From the IMG/VR virus record IMGVR_UViG_2740892016_000005: 38,344 bases of DNA; one strand, written 5' to 3'. Origin of the DNA: a virus (lineage: Duplodnaviria; Heunggongvirae; Uroviricota; Caudoviricetes). The notes below the pieces were generated by a model. It ran no database searches, was not told the origin of the DNA, and was given only the letters and a program-made list of their open reading frames with translations. Numbering within the stretch: position 1 is the first letter of the stretch; the number at the start of each line of letters is the position of its first letter. Position numbers and translations under genes: made by a program. Shown piece by piece: positions 34,533 to 38,344 of this stretch.

Positions 34533-36311
34533 TCACCCCCTAGATCTTGCTGAAAGCTCATCTTTATAAGCCATTCTTGGCGTGTAAAAATTATGGAATG
34601 CCTTACCTATTGCACCATTGAAAAGCTTAAGCAATGGTTTATTGCTCCCTGCGTTTAAAATATTCCTCATTGCTATACCAGGGTATGGATCTATGTAATA
34701 TATTTGTTTGATCCCTAATTGATACGCTTTTTTAGAACATAATTCACAAGGGCTTGCTGTTGTGAACAAAAAACCATTCTGTATACCAACGCCACCATAC
34801 TTAGATATTTGTAAGAAAGCATTCTCTTCAGCATGAAGTGATCTTGTAAAAACTTGATTAGCGTTAGATTTTATTTTGTCAATAATAGCAAACTCATCAT
34901 CATTTAACTTATGTTCGACCCGTAGATCTTCTTTGTATTTATCATCAAGGATATTATTCCATTCTGTTTTAAAACAAAATGGAGCTCTCATTCCTTTATT
35001 TTTAACATCTAAAAAAATAATCTTAGTGCTATCTATTTTTCGAATGAAACTATTTTCGTTCTTTTCGAATTCAGAGTAAGCAATATCATCAATCCCCTCA
35101 GACAAATCAAACCTATCCCTTAAAGAGCAAGGAACTTGACCACTTGGTACATCATTCCAACCAATAGACTTAATTGAAAATGAACTATCAGATACTGCAG
35201 CGCCTACCTGCCTGGATATACAACCAGAGTTCAACTTAGCTGTATATGCTATCTGCATGCAACGTTCAACATTTGATGGAGTTATTATACCAGGACGCTT
35301 CATTAATGAAGTGAATTTAATTAATTGATTAGCCAATCCTGAGTACCGACAAACAACATTTTCCTCTTCCGGATTCTCAACATAGATGTCTGATATTTCT
35401 AAACAAGACTGTATATTCTGATATATATATGATGACTTCTCATCCAAAGATGATTTACGGTATTCTTTTGCATCAATATCTTTTATCTCAGCATCAGTTA
35501 AACCTTGTTCTCTAAGCCTTTGATGCCTGTAATGCTCTTCTGTAGAAACAGCCATTAAATAAAATGATGAGTATCTATCTTGGAAGTATGTTGCTTCGAA
35601 CGGATTTCTTATAGCATCAATAACTATATAAATAGGTTTCTTTTCTCCAGTTTTTGTGTTCTTTTCTTTTGCTAAGGTTCTTAATCTTTGAATTATATCA
35701 TTTATTTTTTTAGGAAGAAAAAAACCATGGAAATCATCACTAAATGAACTGTCATGGTACATCCCACTAGATCTATAATTATTACCTATAGCTTGATATA
35801 GCTTTATATAGTCAGCCTTGTTCTTAAATATGGATTTAATTTGTGTATTCGCTTTTATTAGATATTCATTTATGAATTTTATCTTATCATCTATATCATG
35901 ATCAGAGCTTTCATCTTTAGCTTTAATTTCTTTTAGTATAGATTCAAGATCATTAACTGTTGACTCTAGGACTCTTTGGTCATTACCTAACTCCGTCACT
36001 TCCCGAATAAATTTATTCAGCTTACCATCAAAGTCCTTTGATAAACACAATGTCAGTATGGAACTTGCTTGTATTTTTATAAATGGAACCCATGACACGG
36101 AAAAATATTTAAATAGAACCCGCTCTTTTCTTTCTTCATTCGACTTAGGGTAATCACCGTTAAATAGAGAATGCTTTATCTCACTTGATTCTGATGACAG
36201 TATATTAGAAACTGTTGAACAGCCTGACCCCGTCCTCCCTGTTAATCCTATAATTAGGAAATCATCATCTTCACTATATATTTTACTCAGTGCGTCATTA
36301 TAAAAACCCAT
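34533..36311 (-). CDS. P-loop NTPase / dCMP-deaminase fusion protein; AvcD/DCD-like candidate nucleotide-depletion defence
   Basis: 592 aa. N-terminal deviant P-loop GLTGRTGSGCST; C-terminal deaminase motifs ERCMQIAYTAKLNSGCISRQVGAAV, HAEENA and PCELC (zinc ligands). AT-rich; RBS ggag; own promoter-like -10. Confidence 0.9.
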   Translation of the reverse strand: MGFYNDALSKIYSEDDDFLIIGLTGRTGSGCSTVSNILSSESSEIKHSLFNGDYPKSNEERKERVLFKYFSVSWVPFIKIQASSILTLCLSKDFDGKLNKFIREVTELGNDQRVLESTVNDLESILKEIKAKDESSDHDIDDKIKFINEYLIKANTQIKSIFKNKADYIKLYQAIGNNYRSSGMYHDSSFSDDFHGFFLPKKINDIIQRLRTLAKEKNTKTGEKKPIYIVIDAIRNPFEATYFQDRYSSFYLMAVSTEEHYRHQRLREQGLTDAEIKDIDAKEYRKSSLDEKSSYIYQNIQSCLEISDIYVENPEEENVVCRYSGLANQLIKFTSLMKRPGIITPSNVERCMQIAYTAKLNSGCISRQVGAAVSDSSFSIKSIGWNDVPSGQVPCSLRDRFDLSEGIDDIAYSEFEKNENSFIRKIDSTKIIFLDVKNKGMRAPFCFKTEWNNILDDKYKEDLRVEHKLNDDEFAIIDKIKSNANQVFTRSLHAEENAFLQISKYGGVGIQNGFLFTTASPCELCSKKAYQLGIKQIYYIDPYPGIAMRNILNAGSNKPLLKLFNGAIGKAFHNFYTPRMAYKDELSARSRG

Positions 36312-36361
36312 AAAATCTCCAGTAATAATGAAGGATTTAAAATAAAAAGCTCTACTTAGAT

Positions 36362-36400
36362 GTTTTTATTATATAAAATACATCTCCATTCTTCATTAGT
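36362..36400 (-). promoter_or_regulatory. Promoter-like region for the deaminase gene
   Basis: Consensus -10 TATAAT on the minus strand (36369-36374) about 55 nt upstream of the ATG; -35 poor. Confidence 0.3.
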
Positions 36401-37295
36401 ATATTACGAATCTGCAACTTTCACACACGATTTTTCATCGGATGTACTAATATTAGCAAGCGGAGCTTTCTTTTCCCAGACAGCTTCCATCCGCTGCATC
36501 GCGGCAACCCGTGCGTAGCCGATGTCGATTAAGTAATACATCACCCAGAGATACTCCCGTAACCTAAATCATCTTCAAAACGATATATATCTCTGACTTT
36601 CACGTATAGTACGACATCTCGCGGCACATGGCATACACGGACTCTTAAGCCACCTTAATCGCCTGATTCAGGGAATTCACTGCAGGCTTCTACTGCTCCA
36701 GCCCAGTTTGTTTTAACTCCTGCTCAACCTGAGTCAAAGCTGTACTAACTGATTTTTTGTCTGTCTCAGTCATGTTGCCGGAAGCACTGTCCAGCTCACG
36801 GATAACACCACTGGGCTTGTATTTGAAATCGCGTGACTATGAGCATTACGATCTTGATCCGCTGCACTGGAAGGATTATTACGACGTGTGGTTAACCCAG
36901 CAAAGGGCATTCTGAGGACTTGTGACGCAATCTACTGTCTTACCGTCTGGTGGAGATATTCCTTGCGATGCGCAAGAAGTTTAAAGGTGTCATTCCACCC
37001 AATAAATTCTGACCTGTTTCCAATTGATTAACACACTGTAAAGCGAGTAATGCCCCACGTCTGTATCACAATTGCTAACTTCCGTTTCTCGCACAGAGAG
37101 GACCTTCAGTTCAGTCCGATGGTCTGCTCTGTGCCAAAAGCGGACGTTAAGCTTACCAACTCATATTTTAAGGTCATAGGTGCGTATAAACGAAGTGCCG
37201 CGCTTAGGAGTAGTGAATTTACAGACTTACAAAATCATTTATTTCAGGCCAATTTATGTAATGGCATAATCAGGTTGGTGAAAGAGAGGGCGGAA

Positions 37296-37880
37296 ATGGA
37301 TAAAAAATTTAAAAATCAGATAGTAGATAGCGATATTGCACTTTTATTGCTTAAACACAGGAAGGCTCGCAATTTGACTGTAACAGAGCTTGCTCAACGA
37401 TCGGGCGTCAGTCAGGCCATGATTAGTAAGATTGAACGAGGCATCTCCAGCCCTAGTGCAACTATCCTTAGCCGCCTGGCCAACGCCATGAATGTAACGC
37501 TATCTAAACTCTTTGCAGAGCTTGAGCAACATCAGAATTCCCTGGTTCGTGTTGCTCATCAGCAACAGCACTGGACGGATGAGCAATCAGGCATCACCCG
37601 TTGGTCTTTGTCTCCTGCGGGGGCATGCCCGGAACTGATCAAAGTTGAAATCCCTGCAATGGGTGAGCTGACGATACCCGCCTCCGCAAATGAGCATCTT
37701 TCCGGGCAAACGCTTTGGATGATGAGTGGCAGCCTTGATTTTCGAGTCAAAAATCAGACCCATCATTTACGTGCCGGTGACTGTCTTGCCCTTACCTTTG
37801 CAAGCGAGTACCAAATGAGCAATCCAGATAGTGAGCAGAGCTGTTCTTACATCGTGGCTTTTAGCCAAAAAAATCAATGA
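37296..37880 (+). CDS. XRE-family HTH transcriptional regulator with C-terminal cupin domain
   Basis: ORF 37050..37880 trimmed to ATG 37296 (RBS gagagggcgg). HTH LTVTELAQRSGVSQAMISKIERG; C-terminal beta-rich cupin-like region. Probably host-encoded. Confidence 0.7.
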   Translation: MDKKFKNQIVDSDIALLLLKHRKARNLTVTELAQRSGVSQAMISKIERGISSPSATILSRLANAMNVTLSKLFAELEQHQNSLVRVAHQQQHWTDEQSGITRWSLSPAGACPELIKVEIPAMGELTIPASANEHLSGQTLWMMSGSLDFRVKNQTHHLRAGDCLALTFASEYQMSNPDSEQSCSYIVAFSQKNQ

Positions 37881-37900
37881 TATCTTCTTTGCCACATTGG

Positions 37901-38344
37901 TTACATGTTATTGGCCATTCTCAGATGCAACAAGGGGTATGGCCTTCCCTGATTATCCAGCTCGGAACGCCCTGATACCTGAAAACCCATATGCTGATAA
38001 AACCCTACAGCCTGCTGGTTTTGTTCATTTACATCAACGCTTAGCTCTGGATGCAGCGCCAGTGCATGAGAGATCAAACGTTTTCCGACGCCAAGTCCGC
38101 GAGCAGAGCCTGCTACAAAAAGTGCCTCCAGATGCCCCTCATGCAAAAACATAAATCCTAGCGGTTGGTCATCCTGATTTGTTGCAACCCATACAGGAGT
38201 TTCTGAGAAAAAGCCGATAACTTCTTTTTCGATTTCTTGTCGGTCATGACCTGTAAGAAAGTCGTGGGTAGCATCCACTGAACTCTTCCAGATTTGTATG
38301 ATCTCTGATGCTTCAGATGGTCGTGACATTCTGATATCTAACAT
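37901..38344 (-). CDS. GNAT-family N-acetyltransferase
   Basis: 147 aa; acetyl-CoA-binding motif region ARGLGVGKRLISHAL; the start codon abuts the window edge, so the true 5' end may lie outside. Divergent from the regulator gene. Confidence 0.75.
   Translation of the reverse strand: MLDIRMSRPSEASEIIQIWKSSVDATHDFLTGHDRQEIEKEVIGFFSETPVWVATNQDDQPLGFMFLHEGHLEALFVAGSARGLGVGKRLISHALALHPELSVDVNEQNQQAVGFYQHMGFQVSGRSELDNQGRPYPLLHLRMANNM

Larger units (their letters stand above)
1..36400 (+). mobile_element. Lambdoid prophage, partial: early region through tail fibres and distal cargo; left end outside window, right boundary approximate
   Basis: Collinear lambda-like gene order (O-like, nin-like genes, Q, lysis, cos, terminase, portal, capsid, Z-U-V-G/T-H-M-L-K-I-J, lom, stf), tight start/stop overlaps, degraded ORF-poor DNA at 36400-37050, then genes of host-like character. 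Confidence 0.8.

Noticed and set aside
1-38344. Integrase, excisionase, attL/attR direct repeats, tRNA or rRNA genes
   Set aside because: None found. The window starts inside the early region, so int/xis and attL would lie to the left. No tRNA-like sequence was seen in the intergenic regions, and attR cannot be defined without the left end.

Overview
The window is the right-hand ~36 kb of a lambda-like (lambdoid) prophage of an enterobacterial host, followed by about 2 kb of probable host DNA. All identifications rest on reading motifs and on recalled similarity to lambda and phage 21 proteins; no search was run. Left to right on the + strand: an early/replication and nin-like region (O-like initiator with embedded iterons, PerC-like regulator, Dam-like methyltransferase, LexA-N-domain-like protein, RusA, KilA-N protein, DUF968-like protein, Q antiterminator); a phage-21-type lysis cassette (pinholin, SAR endolysin, Rz with nested Rz1); a candidate cos site; terminase; portal; a prohead-protease/major-capsid fusion; lambda-type tail genes Z-U-V-G/T-H-M-L-K-I-J; lom; and a side tail fibre with tandem repeats. 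Two visibly AT-rich islands interrupt this backbone and each carries one long minus-strand gene with its own promoter-like signals. The first (5743-7194, between Q and the lysis genes) encodes an ABC-type ATPase with a TOPRIM-like C-terminal domain, OLD/PARIS-like. The second (34533-36311, distal to the tail fibres) encodes a P-loop NTPase fused to a dCMP-deaminase domain, resembling the AvcD/DCD nucleotide-depletion defence family. These two are the most likely anti-phage cargo and the best candidates for an undescribed or poorly described system. No integrase, attL, tRNA, rRNA or CRISPR array is visible; the prophage left end lies outside the window. Coordinates of starts chosen by RBS and stop-start overlap are my reading, not computed predictions.
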